Source: Tubiluchus corallicola
Taxonomy: Eukaryota > Animalia > Priapulida
Direction: 5' to 3'
Length of the DNA: 64,000 nt
Assembly (NCBI GenBank): GCA_030141605.1
Contig: JAQGDQ010000637.1
Coordinates: 57,933 to 121,932 of the forward strand
Within the stretch, counting starts at the first letter, position 1. Every line of letters starts with the position of its first letter. Made by a program: the position numbers and the translations under genes. Shown here piece by piece: positions 1 through 57,045 of the stretch. The notes under the pieces were generated by a model that was given only the letters and a program-made list of their open reading frames with translations, did no database searches and was not told where the DNA came from.

Positions 1-989
1 TAACTCCAGCCATATGTAGTGTTATATTTATTATGATAAAAGTGTTAACAATTTAGCTGATGAAGTTAGGAAAGCTCTACGTCGTGTTTCAGGCATTCCA
101 TTTAATTTCACAGTAGCATTACACATTTCAGTTTTGGCATTGACCCATACGTAAAAGTAGTATCTCTTGATGAAAGTCAAAGTTGTATAAACGTATAAAC
201 GAATTGAATGATAAAAGTGTTTTTACAAAATTCAGGTGTTAAATGTATGTACTACTATACTAGTATCACTACTTTTCTGTGAGAATACATTATTTATTAG
301 TATTCATAATAACACTCCAAACAAAGTCACTCCAATAGAGAACCGTTTTTGGCAAGTCAAGGCAAATATGCAATACCAGTTTTCTCAAATAATGACATTG
401 TGTGTTTCATAAATACTGTGTTAATTAATTAACTGACTGGCTTAGGTGGAAAATTCTACAATTATTTGTTATTATTGCATTTGTGATTCTGAAATACGAC
501 TAAATTATATATATATTTAAATAATTGTACTCCCACCATATGGTGTTCAAACATTCCCACAGGAATATGCCACCACAATATTGAAGGATCCTTTTATGCT
601 TAGTTCATTTTTTAAAACAGCACATTAATACTAACAACCAAAATCAAATGGTGCTGAGTGAATTGACCGACTTTAATTATTTCACTTATTACCGCATATG
701 TTAAATTTAACGTAGTAATTTTAAAAAGTATTATGAGAGTCCGGAAAATAGTGTATCATTAATAATTTAAAAAGCAAAAATGAAGAGAAATTGTCATCCT
801 GCGACATTAAATTAAATTGGTTCACCAATGTTTCACACCCAATTGTCTATTGTCTTAGTATCTCTTGCCAAGTGTGCCAACCCTAAATGCCAAATGTCCT
901 GTGTCCAAATGTCCGCTGCCCATAAGTCACTTGCAGTTTGGTCAAAACCAGCTAGGCTGATTTGTGTTTTTCTACTTTTCATTTTCCAG

Positions 990-43750
<42,761 letters not shown>

Positions 43751-44780
43751 CTTGTTAAATTCAATATGAATGATTGTGTTAGTTAAACTGAAAATGGCTG
43801 TCTTATAGTTAGTTGTAAACACCCGTCTTGAATAAACATATACAGTTTTACTGCTAAGCATTGCTTTTACTGATATTCAAAATTTTATATTGTCTCTGTA
43901 AAACTACTAATATCATATTCCGCAGTACCACAAGCACATGGTTTCTATCATCGATACTTTTAATTACAAAACTAATAAGTAAACTAATTAGACATAGATC
44001 TTCAACAGGGTCATATCTTGGCCTATATATCACTTGGGTGTACCGGTACCAGTATCCGCTTTGCTACAAATGTCATCCGTCATAAAAGCAAAGTGAACGT
44101 CTCTAGAGTGAGAAACATCCAGTGGGTAGTCTGGGAAGCGATGGCAATCTTTGTAAACCTCGTTAAATTAAACAACGTGATAATTTAATGTTTAATCAGC
44201 AGATAAACTGATTGTATTTTTGCAAGGCAACAATTATTTTTGCAAGATATTAAAACTTCAAGTAAACCAAAAAAAATCAGTAATTCTTTATAATTTCAAG
44301 CAGAATGTAGCAATAAAGTTTCAAATAACTACAAAATGCATTGACGGGAGTACCTAGTCGGGTCATAATTATAAATGAACAAAGCCAGTAATCTTAGCTT
44401 TAAGACAAATGGACAACAAAATATATTTACGAAAGTCTCTCTTGCCTTTCACTTACAGCACTCCTCCAGTCCCCCTAACTGCTTGTGCGTCAATTTTTTT
44501 AAACTCTGGCGAGGCCCATGTGCCTATGCAGATTCGGTTTAATGTACGCTATATCACAGAGTTGATGATACGAATATGGCATATCGAATGCATTTTTATT
44601 TTATCAGAAAGAAGAAAGTAAAAATAATCTAAATAAATTACATTGTTTTCACCCCAACCTTTGTTACGCAGCCCTCTGTGCACCTCGATAAGCCCATTGT
44701 TTGTTGCCCGTGATGCCTGAAAACAATGCGCATCTAAGTGTTTGTCAAAACGAATTTTAGAATTTTAGTCGCACGGCAAG

Positions 44781-45375
44781 ATGACGCTGCTAGTTGCAGT
44801 CTGTCTCTCAGCATTAGTAAGTTCTTCCCTGTCAGACGATTGCAATAAAACAGTTCAAGGTTGTAAATTGGATCCATCAAATCGACCAGGTTATTGTCAT
44901 GCGGAATGTTGGAATGTACCTAGCAAGCTTGAACTTGCAAGAATAGATGCCGATTTGGGAAGTTACGACCGACTCGTCGGAGTTGAATTATACAATTACC
45001 AAGGAACCGAGTTGCCAGACAATTTTCTTCAAGGAAAAGTGATACATAACGTATCAGCAGAATCTGGTGGGATAATACTGATACATCGTGGCGACTTAAC
45101 AGAGTTGGGAAAAAATTCAATAAATTGTCGTGTACATTTCATCATTGTTGATGGCACGAATCTTTCTTACATACATCCAGAAGCATTCAAGAATGCAGAG
45201 GTCAACGACATTTTCTTCGATGCTAATGAACAGCTGACGGGAACTCTGGAATTAGACCTTTCTAATAATCCGTACTTTAGGAGTTTGCGCTTCAAGGCTA
45301 ATGGTATTCAAGGACTGAAGACTCTTAAAATTAACAATAATGTAGCAGCAGAAAATGTGACGATTGAGCTGATTG
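44781..45375 (+). CDS. Exon 1 of a secreted/GPI-anchored leucine-rich-repeat-like protein
   Basis: Signal peptide MTLLVAVCLSALVSSSLS, Cys N-cap, degenerate LRRs (LSYIHPEAF, LELDLSNN); donor G|gtatgt at 45376; upstream acceptor near 44760 suggests a 5'UTR intron. Confidence 0.75.
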
Positions 45376-45438
45376 GTATGTTTTCAAAAGTAATACAGAA
45401 TAGTGCTAATTATCTTACCCATGGTATGATTGATTTAA

Positions 45439-46240
45439 CCCTTAGCTTACCAAGGGGTATTTATATTACAGTAAAGACCAAGCGGGGTAAAAAATTACCC
45501 CGTGAAAATTTTTGTTTAATACGTGTTACTAAGTCGATAGAATGACCAACTAGCAATCAAGGTGCTCCTGGAAGGGCAAAATCAAGTTCTGGGTCAAGTT
45601 GTCTTAGATATCTGAGAGTAGGAAGGATAAAAAGAGGTGTTCCACCACTGCACTATATTGTTTGTGTTATATAATTTTTGCGTGTTTTAGCAAGTCTTGT
45701 GACATAATAAACTGATGATATTCACTGTTTAATTCTGAGGCATCCACTTCGTCTTCACTTGCTGGATCTTCAAAAAATGTATCTTCATCAGCTTCAAGCT
45801 TAGTCACCTGTATAGCAAAACTTCCCACCAAACGACTAAAATGAAGAAATGTTCACAAAATTTAATATAAAATTTCTTCAGCAGATCAAATGACTTTGCA
45901 GAATTGCAGGCTGAATTTGAGGTTTGCAAAACTTCTTACTTGTCAAGGTAAACACATGGTGTTGTCAGAAAGAAACATAATGTAAAATAAATTCAAAATT
46001 TTGCCTACACAAAATACCAAACAGGCTAATAACTTACCCCACATCAGGTAGTATCTAGCACTCGGGCTTTGTAAAAAAGCATGAATAACAGTTATCAACA
46101 AAACCAAGGTACAGTTGCATAACAAACTGGCAAATATTTAATCACTACTAGTTTGAAAATTTTTCGTTGTACTCATTAGTATAAAAATGTGAGCAAACAC
46201 AGCGGGGATAACTTTTTACCCCGCCTTTGTAGGATAATGG
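45439..46240 (-). mobile_element. Internally deleted piggyBac-like transposon in the LRR-gene intron
   Basis: TTAA|CCCTTAGCTTACCAAGG ... CCTTTGTAGGATAATGG|TTAA; subterminal palindrome cggggtaaaaaattaccccg at both ends; acidic minus-strand peptide LEADEDTFFEDPASEDEVDASE. Confidence 0.65.
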
Positions 46241-46479
46241 TTAAACCCGTATTTCAGGTTTCATATCCAGAATTTTCTAAATCCTGTGAGAAAGCAATCA
46301 GAAAGGAAGTTATAGGCAAGAAAAAAATAAGCGTGTTGTGGCCGTGTATAGCAGCAGCATTGTCATACGGAAGCCTAGAAGAGACATTGCATTATTTTTC
46401 TAAAGCGCTCGAGAAAATCTGTGGCCCTCCAGATAATATCTCGAGCTGACCAATGACCAGATGTAATTAGTTAATATTA

Positions 46480-47100
46480 GAGATGAAGTTATTACGGGAT
46501 AACCTGGGTTGAGTCACACAAAAACTTTGAAGTTTTAATAGACTGCTTACCATTGAATCTCATATCTGGGAAAAGATGAACAAAGCTAAGAAGATAGTGA
46601 GGATAATAACTAGAGCCTTTACCTCTTTGACCAATAGTATGTTCATCTGTCTGTACAAATTCCTCGCAAAGGACCATCTTTCGGAGTTTTCGAGCTCAAT
46701 CTGGCACCCAATCAATGATCAAATACATCCATCAGCTGGAACAAGTACAAAGATATGCGACAAGAAAGTTTAGTGATTTGAGAGAATTATAGTATAGTAT
46801 AGTGACCAGAAAAAGTTCTTTAAATTGTCAACACCAGCTTACTACAGACTGAGAGGCGACATGATAGAGGCTTATAAGAACTTAATAAATATAATTTATA
46901 TGATAAAGATGTAAGTTAACGGTTGCAGTTGAGAGCGCAGGTGACCAGATTGATCACAAGAAGCCATTCATTAGGCCATTCATCAGTTATGCAAGTTCAG
47001 GTCTAATAAGTGTATGGAACTGAATCGTTTTTCACACAGACTTGTAGATTCGGAAAGTTTACCTATTAATATCGTAGGCGTAGCAACTGTAGGCATGTAA
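46480..47100 (+). mobile_element. Decayed CR1-like LINE 3' ORF2 remnant
   Basis: Frameshifted motifs NKAKKIVRIITRAF, LYKFL, IWHP, LEQVQRYAT, RLRGDMIEAYK. Confidence 0.7.
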
Positions 47101-47698
47101 TTAAGAGAAGCCAAATATATATATAGCTAAATCACACGCGCACATGCGTGCATGCACGCACGCACACATGAACACATACATATGATGATAATGATAATAA
47201 CCGAATTATACAAAAAATAATCAATTACAGCAAAAGATTCCATCAACTTAAACTCCTCACGTAAAAGAAACGTCAAATGTTGCTTGTCAGGAGATGTTTA
47301 TCGTAAGAAAAAGTTTCAATAATCATTGTTTATATAAAGTTAAACCACTATCAATAGTTTTGTTGACACATTACTTTTTTATTCTTTTCTGCTATATTCG
47401 GAACAAACTTTTTCAGAAATTGTGACTAACTGCCTCTGTTTTCAGTAATGAATAGATCGTTTTGCGTGCATTCTGTGATGAGTGATTTGCTCTATGTATT
47501 ATAAACATTGTATTTAAAGGGAGCGTTAAAACGGTACATATATATATATATATTTCAAAATACAAAAAAGTTACTCGGACACACGTTTGTGTTGTAAGAA
47601 GATTCTTTTTTTTTAGTTTTCTCAGGTTAAGTGACGTTTTTTGGTGGCTGACTACAACTGAAGGTAATTTCGACTTCTGAAAATATTTTAATTTTTAG

Positions 47699-47970
47699 AT
47701 GAACAAATGAGATGCGACTGCAGTTTAATCTGGATTGTTGTGCCACCATGGTCCAATAACAGTCGTACCAGGGTTGACTGCGTGTGGCCTAAAAAGGTTA
47801 CTAATGCTAAACTTGAAGATTTTGAGTGTGATATACCACCAAATATGACAACAACAACGACGACAACAGAAATAAATACAGATGAAATTCCAAACTCGTC
47901 AATGTTATCTGTATCCAAAATCATACCAGGCATCATGGTTGGTATTCTGATCCTCTTAGGGTTATTGTAG
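47699..47970 (+). CDS. Exon 2 of the LRR-like protein: LRRCT cap, Thr-rich stalk, hydrophobic C-terminus (GPI-signal-like)
   Basis: tag| phase 1; CDCSLIWI..VDCVWP..L.DFEC, TTTTTT, IIPGIMVGILILLGLL-stop. Confidence 0.78.
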
Positions 47971-48924
47971 TTTTTTGGGAAGGAAAAAATAAAAGCAGGA
48001 TAATGCGACTGGAGAGCCGCAAAATGCAACTGAAGAAACAAAAGAACCAGAAACTGCAGAACCGGATAATCAGCAGGACACTGCCAAATCAGTTAATGCA
48101 CATGATACAGTAGGCCGGTATACAGACTAAAGGATAAATAAATTTTTAGAATGCTGAGTCAGAATTTATTAATTTTTGTCAAAATGTTTGCAAGGAACCC
48201 TTGACATGCCTAAAGTGAAATTACGAACTGGCTGCTGATAATGTGAAAGTTTGCAAGCAAGACGTGACACTGACTTTGAAAGAAGTTGTTGTTGCTTCTT
48301 CTCTTTGCTTCAAGTACAATCTATTTCAGTATGAATGTGAACATGCTCGCTGTTGAAAGTTAGTAAATTAGTTTTAGTTACATAATATTTTGTTTAATTT
48401 CCCACACAAAAGCGTTATCTGTTACTGTTTATCTCAATACATTGTTATCGTTTTGAATTATGTGAATTTTTGCTGTTTGTTCTGAACCACCACGAGGTTT
48501 TGAAATTAATTGAATTGGAGCTAATTTCGTAGCGTGCATCTAGTAGCATGAAATCGTTTTAGCTGCTTAAACAATGTAATCAGTAGACTTTATCACTGCT
48601 GACGCAGGTAAGTCAGGTGAGTAAGAAAGCCAGGCACTCCTGTTTACCAGCTCGGCTACCTAAATAACACGAGAAGCAACTTTGTGGTTCCCTCTAGTGG
48701 GGAAATAACAAAAAAATTAAGTAAGCAAATACATTATATGAACAATTTGCTCTATACGCAGATGTCAGTAAGAATGCATTCTGGAAAATACGATTGGCAC
48801 CATTTTGACGATAAGAGAAAGAGCGATATGAGAAAAAGAGAGAGTGAAATCGCAAGAGAGAGAGAGAAGGAAGGGAGCAGAAAGAGAAAATAAAGAAATG
48901 GAGGGAGGGAGGATGAAGACACAA

Positions 48925-48929
<5 letters not shown>

Positions 48930-48992
<63 letters not shown>

Positions 48993-49092
48993 GGAGAGAG
49001 AGAGAGAGAAAGAGAGAAAGAGAAAGAGAGAGAAAGAGAGAGAGAGAGAGAAAGTGAGAGAGAGAAGAGTGAGAGAAGGGACAGAGAGAGTG

Positions 49093-49127
<35 letters not shown>
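48930..49127. repeat. (AG)n microsatellite; further (AG)n tracts at 49467-49532 and 50860-50945
   Basis: Directly visible. Confidence 0.95.
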
Positions 49128-49132
<5 letters not shown>

Positions 49133-49461
49133 AGATTTAACTATATAACAATCTACGCTAATGACGTCTAATTACTGAAGAAAAGTTTACATCACTATTT
49201 AAAATGTTCTTGCATAAAAATTTTTTACTCTTATTCAACCTGACGTATAAACTGTATGCACATTTTATGAGAATCACATCAAAATAAATAATAAAAAGTC
49301 TAGTAGAAATCTGGCGCTCATATCATATGAAAAGTTAAACAGCTTCAGTGTTGATACATTATATGCAACCTTGAGTTTACTAAAATTGTAAGAATAAAAA
49401 TGTCTCCAAGTGGACATACAATAAAAAGTAGTGCAGTAAGTATTAAACAATTATCTCTTCA

Positions 49462-49527
<66 letters not shown>

Positions 49528-50880
49528 TGAGAGAGGTGGCAAGGTACACAGTGTTCTAAACTATATGTCTTGGAAGATGGGAAGAAAGAAATGGTTCGCA
49601 TTCCTGGCTAGATTTTTTTTTCATATTCTTGAATGTCAACGCTACCGCAATTCCGACAATTTGTCCCAACAGTTTTTAAAATAAAAATAACAAAACTCAG
49701 TCGTGATCATTAATATAGAGAAAACAGATTACAGAACTAGTACAACCTCGGCTTAGTGTTTTTACTTTTAGAAGATTATATAGACAAGATAATCAGGTAA
49801 ACTGCGCCAAATAAATTTTAAAAATCGGAAGGGAAACATAAAGGGAGAGGAAAGGGGACTTTAAATTAATTCGCAAGGAATTTTCCAAAAGAAGTTATAG
49901 TAGTTAGTATTACGCTTACTTGTTTGAAAGACGTATGTAAATGGAAAAAATAAATTAATAATTTCAAAGTTCACGCTAACTAGTAAAACGTCATTGACTC
50001 ACCTTCCCATTGTGCACTCCTGGTTCACCACAGAGCATATCATTGATCTCACTGACAATATGAATTAACCTTTTACTTAGTTAGTGAAGTGTTGACTACA
50101 TGTTTCCAACGACATGTCGTCAAAATGCCTGCGCCTAACCGGTCATCGCGGGAGTTTAAATTTACAAGTTTTATACAACGTTACTACTAACGCAAGCCCT
50201 GTGCGCAATAATGTAATACGTTTGTGATACAAAATTTCAACACGAATTTTTCAAGCTTTATTTATTAAGAGCATTTTCTAGTGCTTTATGTCAAAACTAC
50301 CTGTCAAATGATGCTGTCTCAGGCTTCGTATTATAAAGAATCATGTGTGTTAGTTACTTACTCAGGTATTGACACGGTGACTTTGTTGACACATCCTCCA
50401 CAGATTGGACTAATTTTGCTCAAAATGTCTGTTTACTAATATCTTCTTATCGCTTAATCAGTTTACCTCCAAAGTCTATGCACATTTTAATGTCGTAGTG
50501 GTCAGGAACTATGACGGAGGTTACACGTGGCTCTATGGTATCATTTTAGTACGTTCACACCTGATCATTTTTGTGGAATAGTTTGTCTTTGTAATAATTA
50601 TTTCTTGTGAAAAGACCGCAAAGTATCACAATAATGGTGAGATGCTATTGAATTTTACCATTAATAATCACTTACGTGTCACTTAAGTTTGACATAGTGA
50701 CGCTAAACAAGTTAGCAGTAGTTATCGTTAAAAACTAAGGCTGATAATTTAATGTTGTACATTTTACAGAAATTTGATAATTTATTTTAAGAATAATTAG
50801 TAGCAAAAGTATTCTAAAAAGAAACGTGCGAGAAAGCAGTCAGACAGAAGGAAAGAATGAGAGAGGGGAGAGAGAGAGGG

Positions 50881-50940
<60 letters not shown>

Positions 50941-52089
50941 GAGAGAAACGAAAGGGGGAGAAATTGACAGGAGCAGTTTTTGAATTAATGAGAATGTGTG
51001 TGAGAGAGAAAGAGAAACAGAAGAGGAAGATATAGAGGGGAAAGTGCTTAATGGGAACAGAAATTCAATATGGCATTTGGAATTTATGAAACAGTTTTCT
51101 AAAAACTGTAAATGCTGCTAAGCGCGATACGAAACGACAAAGAAAAAGTAATATTTATTTCCTGTAACAAACAGAAGAAAGAAGCCAAAGAACGGATTCA
51201 GTGAGGTAGCCAGTTGGAATTTTTCTTACGATGGTTTCCTATGCAGTTGGATTGGGAAATGTGTGGAGATTCCCTTACTTAGCATACAAGAGTGGCGGAG
51301 GTAAAGTACTCAAGTATTATTGCTTACATTAACTATAGATCACTAATTAGATTATAATGTACAGTCAATTCTATTCAATTCAAATTTTTATTCCCACCTA
51401 TGACAATATAAAATACAAATACAGTACTATAATTACTATCTATATTTTTACAATTTTCTTGGAATAATGTCTAATAAACTAAAGCTATGCTGTTAAAGCA
51501 TGAGGAAGCACAGAACAGGGGGTGGATGCATAAATTTTACTGATTTTTTCTAATTACACGAGACGCTTATCGCGCTTTTATTACTAAATCTTTCTAACAT
51601 TTTTTTGTAAACATTAAAATAAACGTAGAAAGCTTACTCTTTCCTTTAAAAGGTAACCGTTATTATAGCAAGTCGTTTCTGTTGTAGGTGCATTCTTTAT
51701 TCCGTATTTTGTGATGCTGGCGTTCGTTGGTATGCCCGTATTCTTTCTGGAAATAGCCTTTGGTCAGTACTGTAGCCTCGGTCCTATCACGGCATGGAAA
51801 GCAAGTCCATTATTTAAAGGTAATTTAAAGTTAAACTTATTTTGTGTAATAAGAACTCGAGGAAAATTGGTAACAACTTTTCTTCGAGTCCTAAACTGAC
51901 CCTTGTTCTTCAAGGTCACCGAGTGCAGTAATAATCTGCCCCACTACAAGTTACGTCAAAATTTACATGAAAAAGAGCAGTAACAATAATATTATAATAA
52001 CAGATCACATACTTAGATAAACAACGCATTCAGAAACACGTCCCTGTAAATACGGGGCTCTTTTAAGGATAGTTGATGACAAAATACGA

Positions 52090-52480
52090 TAAGTTATAAC
52101 AAACACATCTACATATATATCACACTACTGATTGAATTCATTAATTCTTAGTAAATTCGTACCTGTTAATAATTTAGAATCACGTATTGTTGAAATTTTA
52201 TGCACATAGTTAATCAACAATTTATTAACTTCTACATCTCCACTTTTGTTTAAAAATATAAACTTATCAATATCACACATGGATGGCAATTCTGGAAAAA
52301 TATCTGATATCAGATTTAAGACCTTGCCGTCCAATAAACATTGCATTGCATACTAAAGTGAAAATCATCTTCCGTGCTCCCATTCTTACACAAAGTACAT
52401 TTTCTCATATCAACTGGTGTTTTAGGTCTGGTATATCGACCAGCTTCAATTTATAATCTATACACGCTAACACGGATTTT
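52090..52480 (-). mobile_element. LINE ORF2 C-terminal remnant
   Basis: Minus strand IRVSVYRL*IEAGRYTRPKTP..RKCTLCKNGSTEDDFHF..C, a Cys/His tail typical of non-LTR retroelements. Confidence 0.65.
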
Positions 52481-52779
52481 TGTGTAGGTTTCCTTATTTG
52501 TTCCAGGAACATCAGTAATCAAAAGAACATCAATCGAGCCTATACCCAGATTTGAACAGTCTATACGTCCTTGGTTTATTAGAGCCATTTGGTCAAGCAT
52601 TATCATTATGGATAGTATATGCAAAGTAGCTATTATAATTACTGCCATATAATTATAGAATATGTCAGATCAATGTGCCAATCAAGCCAATACATCGGGC
52701 GGCAAATGCTCTCCTGGTATTCCTTTTCCTTTAATAGAATCGCTCAAAGGTTCTTGCTCGCCATTTTGAACGATTTAAA

Positions 52780-52955
52780 GCATAAAATTACAAAATATAT
52801 AAAATTTTAAAAAGATTAAGCAAGGTAGAACATACAGCGACAAACACTATTTCACTGTTTCGTTCATTTATCTTGTAACAGTGTAATAGTGTTTGCCACT
52901 GTATGTTCTGCCTTGCTTATCTTTTTTAAAAAAAATTATATTTTGTAATTTTATG
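52780..52955. repeat. Imperfect inverted repeat (~80-bp arms), foldback element
   Basis: cataaaattacaaaatat..aagcaaggtagaacatacag..caaacactat / atagtgtttg..ctgtatgttctgccttgctt..atattttgtaattttatg. Confidence 0.8.
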
Positions 52956-52999
52956 TTGTACTGCAATTCAACCATTTGGTTGTAATGATAATAAATAAA

Positions 53000-53710
<711 letters not shown>

Positions 53711-54164
53711 AAAAAACTGCAAATTTTTTAGACCTAAAACTTCGAGTGTTTGCCAAATTTCAAGCTGGCTTCCATTATTCGAAAGCTGGTTTTCAAACTG
53801 TCTGTTCCACTAACTATTGCTCGTTCAACAGGATTGGGAATGGCTTCTGTAACGGTTGCTGGGATGGTTGGTATCTATTACAACGTAATCGTGACTCATT
53901 CTCTCTACTTCATGATTGCTTCCATGAGATCGGAGGTACCCTGGGCCACTTGTGAGCATGAATGGAACACAGAACAATGCGTAGAAGATCTGAACTCCAC
54001 TGGACGAAATCCAAATGAGACGTACTACACGCCATCGGAAGAATACTTCTAGTAAGTGGTGGTTTTTTATCGTTCGTTGCTCCTCTTTCCTTTACGGAGC
54101 TCAAATGAAAATGACGCAGTAGTGAGCTATGATCAAACTTTGTCATTGCAGGCTTTTGTTCGAC

Positions 54165-54560
54165 CTACTTATCAACCGAGTTAACATAAAATTTTCAACA
54201 AACGTTCCTATCTGGATCGTCCTATTCATCAACCATGTTAACACAAAATTTTCGACAAACGTTCCTATCTGGATCGTCCTATTCATCAACCACGTTAACA
54301 TAAAATTTTCAACAAACATTCCTGCCTGAATCGTCCTATTCATCATCAACTATGTTAGCATAAAATTTTCAACAAACGTTCCTGCCTGAATCGTCCTATT
54401 CATCAACCATGTTAACATAAAATTTTCAACAAACGTTCCTACCTGAATCGTCCTATTCATCAACCGAGTTAACATAAAATTTTCAACAAACATTCCTGCC
54501 TGAATCGTCCTATTCATCAACCATGTTAACATAAAATTTTCGACAAACGTACCTTCGTGA
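54165..54560. repeat. 57-bp minisatellite, ~7 copies
   Basis: aacataaaattttcaacaaacgttcctatctggatcgtcctattcatcaaccatgtt. Confidence 0.92.
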
Positions 54561-55489
54561 ATCGACTATTCATTCGTTATCGTATAGCCCACAACAAAAA
54601 ATAAAAACATTTACTTACCTAAAAATAAAGGTTTTTTTGTCATCACGTCGCCTGTGCGTACCAAGCGATGACATCACAAATGAACATCATTTTCAAAAGC
54701 AGAAGCGTTCCATGAGTTTGCTGCTTATAATAGTGAAAATTAACCATGGTGTCAATGTACAATATTAACTGTTATACACAAAAACTGGGTAAATTTTTGT
54801 TTAAAAATCTTAATTCCAAACTTGCGAATGTGTGTCATCATGCGACTTCACCAAAAAATGTGTGCTACGTCACAACTGAACTACTGGACTGAAAGGTATA
54901 GCATGTATTTTTCGCAAGGAAATTACGAGAACCTGCTACGTCAATCTAGCTTGCGAATGGCAAAATGCATGTAACAGAACACAGACGCGAACTTATACTA
55001 CCGTGGAAATAATTCTTTCACGTAAGTCACTCATAAGAAATAATTATGTTCTCTTTCAATATTTTATACATTAGGTTTTCATAGATTTTTATACATTTCC
55101 AAGAGCCGTTTAAGAATTGGGTCCTGTTTCCCTTTAACGAATCTGTCTTGTTTTGATCATTATTATTTGCAGCAATCAGGTGCTGAACATTTCCAGTGGC
55201 ATCGATGAACCAGGAGGCCTCAGATGGGAGTTGGCTGGCACTTTGGCAGCAGCTTGGATAATTGTGTTTCTAGTTCTTATAAAGTGCGTCCGAATATTGG
55301 GAAAGGTAAGAAGTGACAACTGTTAAACGATTTAAACGACAACGCTGTCGTTTTCGTCGTGAGCGTCATTGTTATAACTGTTAATGTCATCTAGGGTTGC
55401 CACCACTCTTGATTTTGTCCGGAGGCTCCTAAAATTCAGCCACAGATTCGTAGTTTGGCCGGATTTAAAAAAAGGTGTAACATATTGAA

Positions 55490-57045
55490 CACCTTGAAAT
55501 TTAAATGGAAAACGACCAACACATTGAAATTTAAGTGGAAAACGACCAACACATGTAAATTTAAGTAGAAAACGACCAACGCATTTAAATTTAAGTGGAA
55601 AGCGACCAACACATTGAAATTCAAGTGGAAAACGACAAACACATTGAAAGTTAAGTGGAAAACGACCGACACATTGAAAGTTAAGTGGAAAGCAACCAAC
55701 ACATTGAAAGTTAAGTGGAGGAAAACGACCGACACATTGAAAGTTAAGTGGAAAACGACCAACACATTGAAAGTTAAGTGGAAAACGACCAACACATTGA
55801 AAGTTAAGTGGAAAACGACCAACACATTTAAATTTAAGTGGAAAAGGACCGACACATTTAAATTTAAGTGAAAAACGACTAACACATTTAAATTTAAGTG
55901 GAAAGCGACCAACACATTTAAATTTAAGTGGAAAACGACCAACACATTGAAATTTAAGTGGAAAACGACCAACACATTTAAATTTAAGTGGAAAGCAACC
56001 AACACATTGAAATTTAAGTGGGAAACGACCAAAACATTTAAATTTAAGTGGAAAGCGACCAACACATTGAAATTTAAGTGGAAAACGACCAACACATTGA
56101 AATTTAAGTGGAAAACGACCAGCACATTGAAATTTAAGTGGAAAACGACCAACACATCTAAATTTAAGTAGAAAACGACCAACACATTGAAATTTAAGTG
56201 GAAAACGACCAACACATCTAAATTTAAGTAGAAAACGACCAACGCATTTAAATTTAAGTGGAAAGCGACCAACACATTGAAATTTAAGTGGAGAACGACC
56301 AACACATTGAAAGTTAAGTGGAAAACGACCGACACGTTGAAAGTTAAGTGGAAAACGACCAACACATTGAAAGTTAAGTGGAAAACGACCAACACATTGA
56401 AAGTTAAGTGGAAAACGACCAACACATTTAAATTTAAGTGGAAAACGACCGACACATTTAAATTTAAGTGAAAAACGACCAACACATTTAAATTTAAGTG
56501 GAAAGCGACCAACACATTGAAATTTAAGTGGAAAACGACCAACACATTGAAATTTAAGTGGAAAACGACCAACACATTTAAATTTAAGTGGAAAGCAACC
56601 AACACATTGAAATTTAAGTGGGAAACGACCAAAACATTTAAATTTAAGTGGAAAGCGACCAACACATTGAAATTTAAATGGAAAACGACCAACACATTGA
56701 AATTTAAGTGGAAAACGACCAACACATCTAAATTTAAGTAGAAAACGACCAACACATTGAAATTTAAGTGGAAAACGACCAACACATCTAAATTTAAGTA
56801 GAAAACGACCAACGCATTTAAATTTAAGTGGAAAGCGACCAACACATTGAAATTTAAGTGGAAAACGACCAACACATTGAAAGTTAAGTGGAAAACGACC
56901 AACACATTGAAAGTTAAGTGGAAAACGACCAACACATTGAAAGTTATGTGGAAAACGACCAACACATTGAAAGTTAAGTGGAAAACGACCAACACATTGA
57001 AAGTTAAGGGAAAACGGCCAACACATTGAAATTTAAGTGGAAAAG
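55490..57045. repeat. 30-bp minisatellite, ~52 copies, with higher-order structure
   Basis: aaatttaagtggaaaacgaccaacacattg. Confidence 0.96.

Noticed and set aside
45376-45545. C-terminal part of the 254-aa ORF as coding
   Set aside because: It lies beyond a good splice donor and runs into the TTAA-flanked transposon end.
51202-51204. TGA as selenocysteine or a TGA=Trp genetic code
   Set aside because: All other Trp codons in the three genes are TGG, and a frameshift lies about 20 nt away, so decay or error is more parsimonious.
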